A stretch of DNA of 41,114 nucleotides. It comes from Candidatus Micrarchaeota archaeon. Lineage in GTDB: Archaea; Micrarchaeota; Micrarchaeia; Norongarragalinales; Norongarragalinaceae. The notes beneath the pieces are model-generated. The model had not been told where the DNA came from and did not search any database. It was given only the letters and a program-made list of their open reading frames with translations. The translations under genes and the position numbers were made by a program. Below, piece by piece: positions 8,091 to 17,112 of the stretch. The stretch is from NCBI GenBank assembly GCA_018304285.1, contig JAGVWL010000036.1, positions 1 through 41,114 on the forward strand, in the 5' to 3' direction. Numbering within the stretch: position 1 is the stretch's first letter; each line of letters starts with the position of its first letter.

Positions 8091-8600
8091 TTAATTCTTG
8101 AGCGCTTCGAAAAGCTTTTCGAAACCCATTTTTTCCCACGCGCTCACGCTTATCACTCCCGACGGGAAGGAAAACCTGGCTTTCGCCAACTCGATCTTGT
8201 TCTCGACTGGAATGACTTTCGTTTCGATTTTTTCCTCCAAAACCCTCGCGAGCGCCTGCACGTCTTCGTGCGTGGAGCTGCCCGCTTCGAAAACCAACAA
8301 AATGAAATCGCATTTGGCGAGCGGGCTTTCGCCTTGGGAGAAAAAGAACGAGTCGAACGGCGCCGTGAAATCCAAGAGCACGAAATTAAGGCCTTCGGCC
8401 CGTGCGGCTTTGAAAACGTCTTGCTTGCGTTGTTTCTTGTTGCGCGCGTCCCAAAAAGGCGCGTATTTCAGGGCTTTCGAGCTTTCGCCCATGTTGGCTA
8501 CCCCGACGCGCGCGCCTTTCTTTTCCAGAAACTTGGAGAAGGAAAATGCGAGCGTGCTTTTTCCCGCCTGCGGCGGTCCGATTAACGCTATTACCTTCAA
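8091..8600 (-). CDS. P-loop NTPase, small GTPase-like, function unknown
   Basis: Walker A GPPQAGKST. G3-like region LLDFTAP. NKxD-like ENKIE. SAW near the C-terminus. Convergent with smc. Confidence 0.5.
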   Translation of the reverse strand: MKVIALIGPPQAGKSTLAFSFSKFLEKKGARVGVANMGESSKALKYAPFWDARNKKQRKQDVFKAARAEGLNFVLLDFTAPFDSFFFSQGESPLAKCDFILLVFEAGSSTHEDVQALARVLEEKIETKVIPVENKIELAKARFSFPSGVISVSAWEKMGFEKLFEALKN

Positions 8601-8804
8601 AATGCTCCACCTTGCAAAATCATTTCAATTTCCGGGCTTTAAAACAATACTTTTAAAAGCTTTTTCAACTAAATCGTATTCGGCAATCCACTGTACAGCG
8701 CGGAATAGCGCGCGCGATAACGCCTTTTTTTCTTTGTGGCATCGGGTGCAAGTGGGACGCATTTTCGGTATTTAGGGATTAAACTTATTGTATGGTGGTT
8801 TGAA

Positions 8805-9437
8805 ATGCAAGCGCAACAAGATTGGGAACAACAGAAGCTGAAAGGCACTACTACCGTCGGGATAACGTTCAAGGAGGGAGTCGTTCTCGCGGCCGACAAG
8901 CGCGCGACTTACGGCACTTTCATCGCAGCCAAAGACGTCGACAAGATTCACGTGGTAGGCGACAACATCGCCATGACCATCGCCGGGGGAGTGGGCGACG
9001 CCCAGACTCTCGTGCGCGTCACGAAAGCCGAGCTTGAGTTATACAAATACTCGAAGGGCGACAGCATGACCATCCAAGGGGCTGCGACTCTTCTCGCCAA
9101 CATACTTCAGGGAAACAAGTACTTTCCTTATTTAGTCCAGCTCATTGTCGGCGGGTACGATTCTTCGCCGAGGCTTTTCGACCTCGACCCGTTCGGGGGT
9201 TTGATTCCCGAAAAATACACTTCGACCGGCTCGGGAAGCGTAGTCGCATACGGCTTGCTTGACGAGCACTTCAAGGAAGGGATGGCAAGGGACGATGCCA
9301 TACGCTTGGCTGTAAAGGCCGTAGGCGCAGCACTGAAGCGCGACAGCGCCACGGGCGAAGGAATTGACGTGGTTTGCATTACCAAGAACGACATAAGGCG
9401 TTATTCCAAGGAGGAAGTGCGCCAGTTTACGGCTTGA
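8805..9437 (+). CDS. psmB: Proteasome beta subunit
   Basis: Short propeptide followed by G|TTTVGITFKEGVVLAADKRAT (Thr1 nucleophile). I prefer the ATG at 8805, which has GGTGG upstream, over the track start at 8736. Confidence 0.9.
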   Translation: MQAQQDWEQQKLKGTTTVGITFKEGVVLAADKRATYGTFIAAKDVDKIHVVGDNIAMTIAGGVGDAQTLVRVTKAELELYKYSKGDSMTIQGAATLLANILQGNKYFPYLVQLIVGGYDSSPRLFDLDPFGGLIPEKYTSTGSGSVVAYGLLDEHFKEGMARDDAIRLAVKAVGAALKRDSATGEGIDVVCITKNDIRRYSKEEVRQFTA

Positions 9438-9599
9438 ACAAACACGGTTTTCTTCAAAAATACCCCAAGTAACGCGAAAAAACCCAAATTGTCAAAGTGG
9501 TCTTTTTTGTACGCACAGCGCAAAACCAGTTTCGCAAGTGAGTACCCCCATATTTTTTTTTGAAGCTTTTTAAGCGCAAGAACGGAGATTTGAAAGCAA

Positions 9600-11537
9600 A
9601 TGCAGGAAAACGTATTGAATAACCATAAGGAAAACGGCGTGAAAGGAAACAACATAAAGGAATTGCAGGAAGCAGTTTCGTCGCTATTGCCGCACGATTG
9701 CGAGCTGACCAAGATAGAATTCGAAGGCCCCCAGCTCGTGCTTTACTTGAAAAACATCCGCTCGTTCTACAACGACGACAACCTGATTACCAAAATCGCG
9801 GCGAGAATCCGCAAGAAAATCCTGTTGCGGTGCGATTCCACCCAGCTGATTCCCGAAGAGCAGGCGCTCGAACTCGTGAAAAAACTGGTTCCGGCAGATG
9901 CGGGAGTGAAGGAAGTGCGTTTCGACCCGAACTTCAACGAAGTTTGGATCGAGGCGTTAAAGCCCGGGCTGGTTATCGGGAAGGAAGGAAGCGTTTTGAA
10001 AAACATTCTCATCAACACAGGCTGGAGCCCACGCGTTTTGCGTTCTCCGACGAGCCCCAGCGAAATCGAGAAGGGCATCCGCAACGCGCTCTTGTCAAAT
10101 TCAGACTACCGCAAGAAGTTTCTTGTGGGGCTGGGAAAGAAGATGCTAGAGCCGTCGACCGGCACCGACTGGATTAAGATAACGGCGTTGGGCGCGTTCA
10201 GGGAAGTGGGGCGAAGCTGCATTCTCTTGCAAACCCCCAAAAGCAACATTCTCCTCGACTGCGGCATCAACCCCGACACGTTCGACCCCACGCGCGCGTA
10301 TCCTTACTTGAATGCCATGAATCTCGCGCTGGAACAGCTGGATGCCGTCATACTTTCGCACGCTCACATGGACCACTGCGCCTTCATTCCCTACTTGTTC
10401 GCGTACGGCTACAACGGGCCGGTGTACTGCACTCCGCCCACTCGCGATTTAATGGTTTTGCTCCAGCAGGACGGCTTGAACGTCATGCAATCCAACGGCA
10501 TGACGCCTCCTTACGGCGAGAAGGACATCAAGAAACAGCTGAACCACGTGATTACGCGCGATTACGGGGAAGTCACGGACGTGACGCCGGACGTGCGCTT
10601 TACTTTCTACAATGCGGGCCACATTCTCGGCTCCGCCCAAGTGCACTTGCACATAGGCGAGGGATTGCACAATCTCGTTTACAGCGCCGACATCAAGTTC
10701 GGCCGCACTAATTTGTTCGACCCGGCAGACACGCGCTTTCCCCGCGCCGAGACGCTCATTCTCGAAAGCACTTACGGAGGCAGGGACAACCTGCTGCCGC
10801 GCATGGAAGACGGCGAAGCCAGGCTCGTGCAAGTGATTAGGGAAACAATCGCAAAGCGCGGAAAGGTCTTGATTCCCGTTTTCGCGGTGGGAAGGGCGCA
10901 GGAAATAATGCTTGTGTTGGAAAGCCGCATGCAGCCCGACGAGTGCGTAGTGTATTTCGACGGCATGAGCAAGGAAGCTTCTGCGATTCACACGGTTTAC
11001 CCGGAGTATTTGAAGAAGAACGTGCAACGGCGCATTCTGCAGAACAACTCGCCTTTCGACTCGCCGATGTTCAAGCACGTGATTTCCAAAGAGCGCAAGG
11101 CAATCATCGAGAGCGACGAGCCTTGCGTGATTCTCGCGCCCAGCGGAATGCTTACGGGCGGGACTTCACTCGAGTTTTTGAGGAATTTGGCCCACGACGA
11201 GCGCAACACGCTTATTTTCGTCGGATACCAGAGTGCACTGTCGCTTGGAAGGAAAATCCAGAACGGAATCAAGGAATTGCCCGTCCCAAGCAGCGCTTCG
11301 GGAAAAACCGACGTCGTGAAAATCAACTTGCGCGTGGAAACGGTGGACGGGTTCAGCGGCCACAGCGACCGCTCGCAGCTGCTGGCGTATGCGCGAAGCA
11401 TCCGCCCGAAACCTTCGAGGATTTTCACCAACCACGGCGACGAAGCGCGGACCGAGGATTTAGCGCGCACGCTCAACCGCATGCTGCACGTTGAAACGCG
11501 CGCGCCCATGGATTTGGACACCATCCGCTTGCACTAG
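9600..11537 (+). CDS. fttA: aCPSF1/FttA: KH-domain beta-CASP metallo-beta-lactamase ribonuclease
   Basis: N-terminal KH repeats (GLVIGKEGSVLKNI). MBL motif HAHMDHCAFIPYL. Beta-CASP region. C-terminal GHSD. About 640 aa, typical for archaeal CPSF1. Confidence 0.9.
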   Translation: MQENVLNNHKENGVKGNNIKELQEAVSSLLPHDCELTKIEFEGPQLVLYLKNIRSFYNDDNLITKIAARIRKKILLRCDSTQLIPEEQALELVKKLVPADAGVKEVRFDPNFNEVWIEALKPGLVIGKEGSVLKNILINTGWSPRVLRSPTSPSEIEKGIRNALLSNSDYRKKFLVGLGKKMLEPSTGTDWIKITALGAFREVGRSCILLQTPKSNILLDCGINPDTFDPTRAYPYLNAMNLALEQLDAVILSHAHMDHCAFIPYLFAYGYNGPVYCTPPTRDLMVLLQQDGLNVMQSNGMTPPYGEKDIKKQLNHVITRDYGEVTDVTPDVRFTFYNAGHILGSAQVHLHIGEGLHNLVYSADIKFGRTNLFDPADTRFPRAETLILESTYGGRDNLLPRMEDGEARLVQVIRETIAKRGKVLIPVFAVGRAQEIMLVLESRMQPDECVVYFDGMSKEASAIHTVYPEYLKKNVQRRILQNNSPFDSPMFKHVISKERKAIIESDEPCVILAPSGMLTGGTSLEFLRNLAHDERNTLIFVGYQSALSLGRKIQNGIKELPVPSSASGKTDVVKINLRVETVDGFSGHSDRSQLLAYARSIRPKPSRIFTNHGDEARTEDLARTLNRMLHVETRAPMDLDTIRLH

Positions 11538-11558
11538 CGAGAGAAGGTTTTGCTACAC

Positions 11559-12092
11559 ATGCGCCTTTTGATTACCGGCGTTCCCGGCTGCGGAAAAACC
11601 GTTTTGGCGGAAAAAATTTCGAAAGCCCTCAAGGCAAAGCACGTCGGCGTGAACGAAATCGTCGCGAAGAGCAGGATTTATTCGGTCAGCAAGCGCAAGG
11701 AAAAGCTCGTCGACGTGGAAAAGCTCGAAAGGATTTTGCGCGCGGTTTTGGGAAAGGAAAAAAACTCCGTGGTGGAATCGCACTTGCTGTGCGAAATGAG
11801 CCTGCCGTGCGACCGCATAATCGTTTTGCGCTGCAACCCGCTTGTCTTGAAAAAACGCCTGGAAAAGCGCGGGTATCCCGCTTGGAAGCTGAGGGAAAAC
11901 GTGCTGGCTGAAATGCTCGACTACTGCGCAATCAGGGCCGGCGAAAACTATGCGAAAGACAAGATTGTGGAAATCGACTTCACCAAGCCTTTGCCGGCGA
12001 AAGCTGTGCTGAAAAAGAAGAAAAGCGACAGCGTGGATTGGATGCGGGAGTTCGGGGTTTTGGAAAGGGAAATAAAAGGTTTCTTGGAATAG
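11559..12092 (+). CDS. fap7: Fap7/AK6-like adenylate kinase (ribosome-biogenesis NTPase)
   Basis: MRLLITGVPGCGKTVLAEKIS Walker A and small size. I prefer the ATG at 11559 over the TTG at 11550 because of its spacing from GAGAAGG. Confidence 0.7.
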   Translation: MRLLITGVPGCGKTVLAEKISKALKAKHVGVNEIVAKSRIYSVSKRKEKLVDVEKLERILRAVLGKEKNSVVESHLLCEMSLPCDRIIVLRCNPLVLKKRLEKRGYPAWKLRENVLAEMLDYCAIRAGENYAKDKIVEIDFTKPLPAKAVLKKKKSDSVDWMREFGVLEREIKGFLE

Positions 12093-12202
12093 ATTAGCGC
12101 TGACTTTCCTTGCAGTCTCCGGTAAAAAAAGGTTTAAAAATGCTTGTGGGTTATCTAATGCAGTTGCGTTTTTCCAACCCGCGTTTGAGGTGAACAGTTA
12201 AA

Positions 12203-12298
12203 ATGCAGTTTTTGAAAGCACAGGAAGAAGATTGGGACGAAGAAGAAGAATGGGACGAGGACGAGTGGGAAGAAGAAGAGGAGGACGAGGAGGAATAA
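12203..12298 (+). CDS. Hypothetical 31-aa poly-acidic Trp-containing micro-protein
   Basis: MQFLKAQEEDWDEEEEWDEDEWEEEEEDEEE. GAGGTGA at 12187..12193, TATA-like TTTAAAAA at 12133..12140, and a T-rich tract after the stop. Confidence 0.35.
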   Translation: MQFLKAQEEDWDEEEEWDEDEWEEEEEDEEE

Positions 12299-12373
12299 TT
12301 TCCCCTCTGAGCATTTTCGTTTGAACAGCGTTTTTGCTTTTTTTTTCTCTACCGCGGGCGACGGGCCCGCTTT

Positions 12374-12976
12374 TCACCTTTTTTGATTGTCTTCAGCCGA
12401 AGCCAGCTGCAGCGTTATGGTGTCGGTGGAAACCGCTTCCTTCTTGTCGAAGCCGAGTTTTTTCAGGAGAATTTCGAGGGTTTTTTCCTGCGCTTCCCGC
12501 GCGCGGTCGATTTTGGTTTCGGCGAGGGCGAATTCGATGAATTCGCCGAAGCCTTTGATGTCGGAAACCTTGATGCGCACCGCGCCGAAAGTGAAGTTCC
12601 ATTCTTGAAGCTCGCGTGCGGCTGCTTCGCTATACCCTAGTTTGTCGAGCTCTTCGATCATGGAATAGCTGCTTTGCACTTCGAAGCCCAGCCGGTCTTC
12701 CTCCTGCAGCATGTATCCGTCGAACAAGAGCGTTTCCTTCTGCGTGAGCTTTTCCGTCCGCACAATGAAATATGCGAAAACGCCTTCGCCGTATTGCTTC
12801 GCGTGGATTACGTCGAAATACTGCCCGCCGCTTGCGAAGACGGCCTTGTTTTTCTTGAGGTCGAAAACCGCTTTCTCCGCGTCTTTCACGGGAAAAACCA
12901 TGCGCACTTCGGGCAATTTCCATTTTAGCTCGTGCATCTTCTGTTTTTTGGGGAACAAGAAATCCAGGAAGCCCAT
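12374..12976 (-). CDS. CYTH-domain protein (CyaB class IV adenylyl cyclase / triphosphatase-like)
   Basis: The C-terminal half, WNFTFGAVRIKVSDIKGFGEFIEFAL...TLEILLKKLGF, resembles the CyaB/CYTH core. The N-terminal strand reads ELKWK where the family has ExExK. Confidence 0.5.
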   Translation of the reverse strand: MGFLDFLFPKKQKMHELKWKLPEVRMVFPVKDAEKAVFDLKKNKAVFASGGQYFDVIHAKQYGEGVFAYFIVRTEKLTQKETLLFDGYMLQEEDRLGFEVQSSYSMIEELDKLGYSEAAARELQEWNFTFGAVRIKVSDIKGFGEFIEFALAETKIDRAREAQEKTLEILLKKLGFDKKEAVSTDTITLQLASAEDNQKR

Positions 12977-13013
12977 TCTGCTCTTTTTTCTCCGAAGCCC
13001 GCGCTTTGCGCCT

Positions 13014-16000
13014 TCAAACGTCTTCGGACGTTTGTTGCGCGTCGCGCTTGTTTCTTAAGAAGAAAAAAGCCAGGGCTATTAAGACTAACGCTCCCGCGAC
13101 CCCCAAAACCAGTGCGTTGTTTTCCTCGCTCGCCCGCCTTTCCCCTGCAGTGCCCAACGCAGAGTTGAGTTTTTTGGCTATGGCCCACGCGGTAAATGCG
13201 TTTCCCCTGGCGTCGTAGTCTTTCGCCTGCGCGAGCGCGTCGAGAGTTTCCTGCGTGCCGAACTGCCTTTGCTTCAGTTCGGCGAGGGCGATTTCCTCGC
13301 CCGCGTTTTGCTTTTGCTCTTGCGCGGTTTGCGCAATCGCCTCGGCTTTAGCTTCAATGCGCTGGTTGAGCGCTGCGAGTTCCGCAGCCGTTTTCGCTTT
13401 TCCCCCGTTGCTCAGCAGTTTTTCCAACTCGGCCTTCGCTTTCTTTCCTTGTTGGTAAAGCAGGCTTTTGCTTTCCTGCCCTTTGCTTTCCTCGAAAACT
13501 GCGAATGCGGAGTCGAACAAGCCTATTGCCTGAAGCGCATTTTCTTGGGCCTCGCGAAAGCTTTCTTGCGCTGTTTCAAACGCTTGCTTTTCCTCCGCCT
13601 GCTTTTCTCGCTTTTGCAACGCAAGCATTCTCCCTTTTTCCAACTCCGCGTTGGCTTGCGCGAGGTTGCCGAGCAAAAGCTGTTTTTCCGCTTCTATCGC
13701 GCACTCGCCGCATTCTTGCCGCAGTTTTTCAAGCTCTCCGCTCAGGATTGCGGCAAGCGCGTAATCGAATTGCTTTTCTTGCGGCGGGATTTGGCCTTCT
13801 GCTGAAGGGGCGGTAGCAACGCAGTCCAAGCTTACGGCTGCCGTCCTTGTTTCCAGGCGCTTCAAATTGTTTTCGTCAACGTGCAGCAGTAACAGCCCGT
13901 TTTTGTTTTCAGCTTTCGCGTTCAAGCTGCCGCGCACTCCAGTGGCTTTGCCTTCGCAGCTTTCCTCGGCAATTTCCCCTTCGAACCGCTGCAAGTCGAG
14001 AAACTTGCTTTGCAGCCGGAACTCGAATTCCGATGAATTCGGGCGGGCGGTGAATGTTTTCAGCAATTCCACGGGCTGTGGTATGAGCATGGAAACCTGA
14101 ATTATGTTCAAACCTTTGTGCGCTTGCACGAGCATCCGCACTTGCGACGAGCTGGCGTTGGAGTAAAACTCGGTTTGAAGCGCGCCCTGCGCTTGCGCAG
14201 ATTCGAGCGGGAAAGGCTCGTCCAAAATCACTATGGCTTGCGTTTCTTCCGTGGCTTGCAATTCTACTGTTTCCTCCGCCACCGCCTGCACGAAATCCGC
14301 GCGCGGGGCTTTCAACCTTCTTTGCGTAATGCGCGCGATTTCCTCGCTCGCTTCAAACTCCATGGAATACTCGCCGCCTTCCTCCACGCTGTTGAGGAAA
14401 ACGCTTTTCGCGATTTCAACTTCCGGGCTTTTGAAACGCACCGAAGCGTTTTCGGGAACCTCGAAATCCAGTTGGATTCGCGTGCTTGTACTCAAAGGCA
14501 AAAGGTTTTTCAGCAAAATCCTGGTTTTCACTTGCGCCGGCAAACCTGCAACCGGAATCCCGATTTGCCTTTCCACGCTCGCCTGCTCTTGCAAGTGTTT
14601 CTTGAGCAAAGCCGGGGCTTTGGCTTTAGCTTGGGAACGCAAATAGTCCAAAACGCCTTGGATTTTCGAAAGCCGGCCTGCGCCTTCCTGCAAGTCGATT
14701 GCGCCAAATGAAAAGAATTGCTCGACTTCCGCAAACCGCGCGTTCGCAGCCTCGCCCAAAAACGGGGCAACGCGCTCGGCTTGGGCGTATGAATCATCCA
14801 GCCCTGCATAACGCTCGTACAGCTTCGCGAGGGCGCTTTCGCGGATGCTGTCGAGCTGGGCGTTGAAAAAAACGCTTTCTTCGGGCGTGGCGCTTTCAAC
14901 CGAAAGCAGGATTTCGCCGAGCTTTCTTTCTTCGAATTCTAGGGGGGCGTCTTTCGAAGCGCGGGCAAGAAATTCCTTGAGCAATTCCGCCTTGCGTTTT
15001 ACGGAATCGCGCAAGGCTTGCGCTGAAGCGGTTTCCTGCAGGATGCCTTGGATTTGCCTGAGCTCGGCGATTTTGCCTGCGTAGAATGAAATGCGTTCGC
15101 CGCGGGTGGAAAGCCTGGATGGTTCGAGCGCCTTCGCAAGCAAAACCCGCGCTTTGGCTGCGGCGAAGGCGTTGGCGTGCAGAAGCATTTCTTGCGCTGC
15201 GCTTTTTTCCGCCAAGACTTTCTGCCTCAGGCTTTTCTCCAGCGTTTCGCTCCGTTCGTCGAGGCTTTCGAAAATTTGCCGTTCTTCCTTCAGTGCGGCA
15301 TTCGCCTGCGCGAGCTTTTCTATCGCCCTGCTTGCATACCCCGCTTCCTTGGCTTCCCAATCGCGCTTCGCTTCCTCCGCTTTTTCTGCCGCGGTCTTGT
15401 CGCGCTCAACCGCTTTGCGAAAGTCTTTCTCGAACGAGCCCAATTCCTGCTCCGAGGCGATGCCTTCGGCCCCGCCGACGAGGTAAAAAGCGTTTTCTCC
15501 CACCCCGCTTATCTTCTCGCTTTCAAGAAAGTCGCGCAAGAGTTTGGCGCGCGTTTTCAGAAGCGAGTTTTCCTCGCCCGCCTTTTGGAATTCCCTTTCC
15601 AGCAGGAATATCGCCTGCAAAACCTTGTCGTCCAAAGCGATTTCCTTTTCGTAAAGCCCTCCTTCGCCGGCCAACGCCCTTACCCCTGCCGCTATTCCGT
15701 GCGAGGATTGCGTTTGGTTTGCCGAAGGGATTGTTTTCGAGAAAACGCTTCCGAACCCGCTTCCCAGCACGTCGCGCCTTTCGATTGCTTTCTTCGCTTC
15801 CCCCAGTTCCTGCACGACCCCGCCTGCAAAGCCTTGGAATCCGGGGCCGATCATTCGCTCGAGCTTTTGCGAATGCGCGTCGATTATTTCAAGCCCTTCT
15901 CGCGCCGCTTCGCTCGCCCCGCGCAGCGCCTTCAACCCGTAGGAAAAGCAGTTTATCGAATGCGTGCGGTATGCCGCAAGCGTCGCGAGGGTAAGGAATT

Positions 16001-16262
16001 TCGGCTGCAGCAGCGCATACGTTCTTGCCTTGCCCAGGTCTCGGAGGCTTTGCATTGCTTTCTCGAAAGCAAAGTCGCTCCGCGCGTTTTTCGCCAACGC
16101 CGCGCTCGAACCGATGAAGCCCGCGCAGGATTTCGGGTAGAGCGCGTAGTAGGAAAAAACGGGGTTTTTGGATTCGAGGAGAAACCCGTATTCTGCGAGT
16201 GCGTTAGCCTGGAGGCTGAACGCAATCAAAAGGAAAATAGCCGTTGCAGCCGTTCCGCGCAC
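13014..16262 (-). CDS. Large surface protein (1082 aa): signal peptide, helical regions, beta-rich middle, coiled coil, C-terminal TM anchor
   Basis: N-terminus MRGTAATAIFLLIAFSLQANA. A/E/K/L-rich heptad-like stretches. C-terminus ALVLGVAGALVLIALAFFFLRNKRD. No enzymatic motif seen. Confidence 0.7.
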   Translation of the reverse strand: MRGTAATAIFLLIAFSLQANALAEYGFLLESKNPVFSYYALYPKSCAGFIGSSAALAKNARSDFAFEKAMQSLRDLGKARTYALLQPKFLTLATLAAYRTHSINCFSYGLKALRGASEAAREGLEIIDAHSQKLERMIGPGFQGFAGGVVQELGEAKKAIERRDVLGSGFGSVFSKTIPSANQTQSSHGIAAGVRALAGEGGLYEKEIALDDKVLQAIFLLEREFQKAGEENSLLKTRAKLLRDFLESEKISGVGENAFYLVGGAEGIASEQELGSFEKDFRKAVERDKTAAEKAEEAKRDWEAKEAGYASRAIEKLAQANAALKEERQIFESLDERSETLEKSLRQKVLAEKSAAQEMLLHANAFAAAKARVLLAKALEPSRLSTRGERISFYAGKIAELRQIQGILQETASAQALRDSVKRKAELLKEFLARASKDAPLEFEERKLGEILLSVESATPEESVFFNAQLDSIRESALAKLYERYAGLDDSYAQAERVAPFLGEAANARFAEVEQFFSFGAIDLQEGAGRLSKIQGVLDYLRSQAKAKAPALLKKHLQEQASVERQIGIPVAGLPAQVKTRILLKNLLPLSTSTRIQLDFEVPENASVRFKSPEVEIAKSVFLNSVEEGGEYSMEFEASEEIARITQRRLKAPRADFVQAVAEETVELQATEETQAIVILDEPFPLESAQAQGALQTEFYSNASSSQVRMLVQAHKGLNIIQVSMLIPQPVELLKTFTARPNSSEFEFRLQSKFLDLQRFEGEIAEESCEGKATGVRGSLNAKAENKNGLLLLHVDENNLKRLETRTAAVSLDCVATAPSAEGQIPPQEKQFDYALAAILSGELEKLRQECGECAIEAEKQLLLGNLAQANAELEKGRMLALQKREKQAEEKQAFETAQESFREAQENALQAIGLFDSAFAVFEESKGQESKSLLYQQGKKAKAELEKLLSNGGKAKTAAELAALNQRIEAKAEAIAQTAQEQKQNAGEEIALAELKQRQFGTQETLDALAQAKDYDARGNAFTAWAIAKKLNSALGTAGERRASEENNALVLGVAGALVLIALAFFFLRNKRDAQQTSEDV

Positions 16263-16322
16263 TATCCTATGCAGGGAGCCGGGGGTTAAATTCGGTGGGT
16301 TTATTTTTTTTAAACCGCTGGT

Positions 16323-17000
16323 TTATTTTTGGCAGGCGCCGTTGAGGCAGCCTTTCTCGCATTGCATCACCTGGTTGGCCAGGTTGCCGTTCTTGTTGCA
16401 GTAGTACTCGCGCAGGAACTTGCCCGAGCAGTAGTCTCCCCCCGTTTTCTTGCCTTGCGTGATGAGCCCTTTTTCGAAAGGCGTCACGCCGCCGTCGGAG
16501 TCGGCGCAGTCGGTTTGCGGGCCGCTTTCAAACTCTATCGCAACTTTTGCGATGTTGTTGTCCTCTTCGCTTTCCTTGACTTTGTTGAAGAAATCGGCTT
16601 TAAGCAAAAACTTTTTGGTTCCCGGCTTTTTGCAGCTGACGCCGAACGTCAACTGCACGCTCTGCCCTGGCTGAAGAACTCGGTTCGTAAAGTAGCCTTG
16701 GCGCTTGGTGATCGTGCAATCGCCATTCCACACGCTTTCTTCCTTTGGCGCGAAGAACTGAGGCAATGCGTATAGGTAAGCAAAGAAGGGCGCGGCGTCC
16801 GCGCTGCCCGCGTTCTTGATTCCGGCCGTTATGAAAACTTCGTTGCCTGCAACGGCCTTGGCCGGCGTCTTGATGGTTTCGAAAAACAAGTCCGGCAGCG
16901 CCTTTTCCGCTTCTTGCACTGCCGTTTGGTTATCTTCGGCAAAAACGGCTTGGGATAAAGACAATAGCAAGGCGATTGCAACCAATGCTTTCAAACGCAT
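16323..17000 (-). CDS. Secreted protein with a C-terminal Cys-rich module (225 aa)
   Basis: Signal peptide MRLKALVAIALLLSLSQAVFA. C-terminal DCADSDGG...DYCSGKFLREYYCNKNGNLANQVMQCEKGCLNGAC. Directly upstream of the 1082-aa gene on the same strand. Confidence 0.65.
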   Translation of the reverse strand: MRLKALVAIALLLSLSQAVFAEDNQTAVQEAEKALPDLFFETIKTPAKAVAGNEVFITAGIKNAGSADAAPFFAYLYALPQFFAPKEESVWNGDCTITKRQGYFTNRVLQPGQSVQLTFGVSCKKPGTKKFLLKADFFNKVKESEEDNNIAKVAIEFESGPQTDCADSDGGVTPFEKGLITQGKKTGGDYCSGKFLREYYCNKNGNLANQVMQCEKGCLNGACQK

Positions 17001-17112
17001 TCCGCACCACTCTCCCTTTTTGAAACCCTACAGGCTAATACTGTTTTTCGTTTAATATCCCTTACTGTTTTAAATCAGCGTGCGCTTTTGTTACTCGCGC
17101 AAGGTGGGTTTG

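Noticed and set aside
8098-8775. 225-aa plus-strand ORF antisense to the P-loop NTPase gene, and the extended proteasome start at 8736.
   Set aside because: The minus-strand frame has a clean Walker A and GTPase-like motifs. The 8736 start would add a non-conserved, SD-less extension, whereas 8805 has GGTGG upstream.
12230-12295. The GAA/GAG-rich tract as a simple microsatellite or a CRISPR-like repeat.
   Set aside because: It has no spacer-repeat periodicity and is fully explained by the acidic micro-ORF or by low-complexity spacer. No CRISPR array exists anywhere in the window.
15086-16289. Plus-strand ORFs of 302 and 370 aa overlapping the 1082-aa surface-protein gene.
   Set aside because: Their Arg/Pro/Phe-rich junk composition is typical of antisense frames in GC-rich coding DNA. 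The minus-strand frame has a signal peptide, an anchor and a coherent composition.
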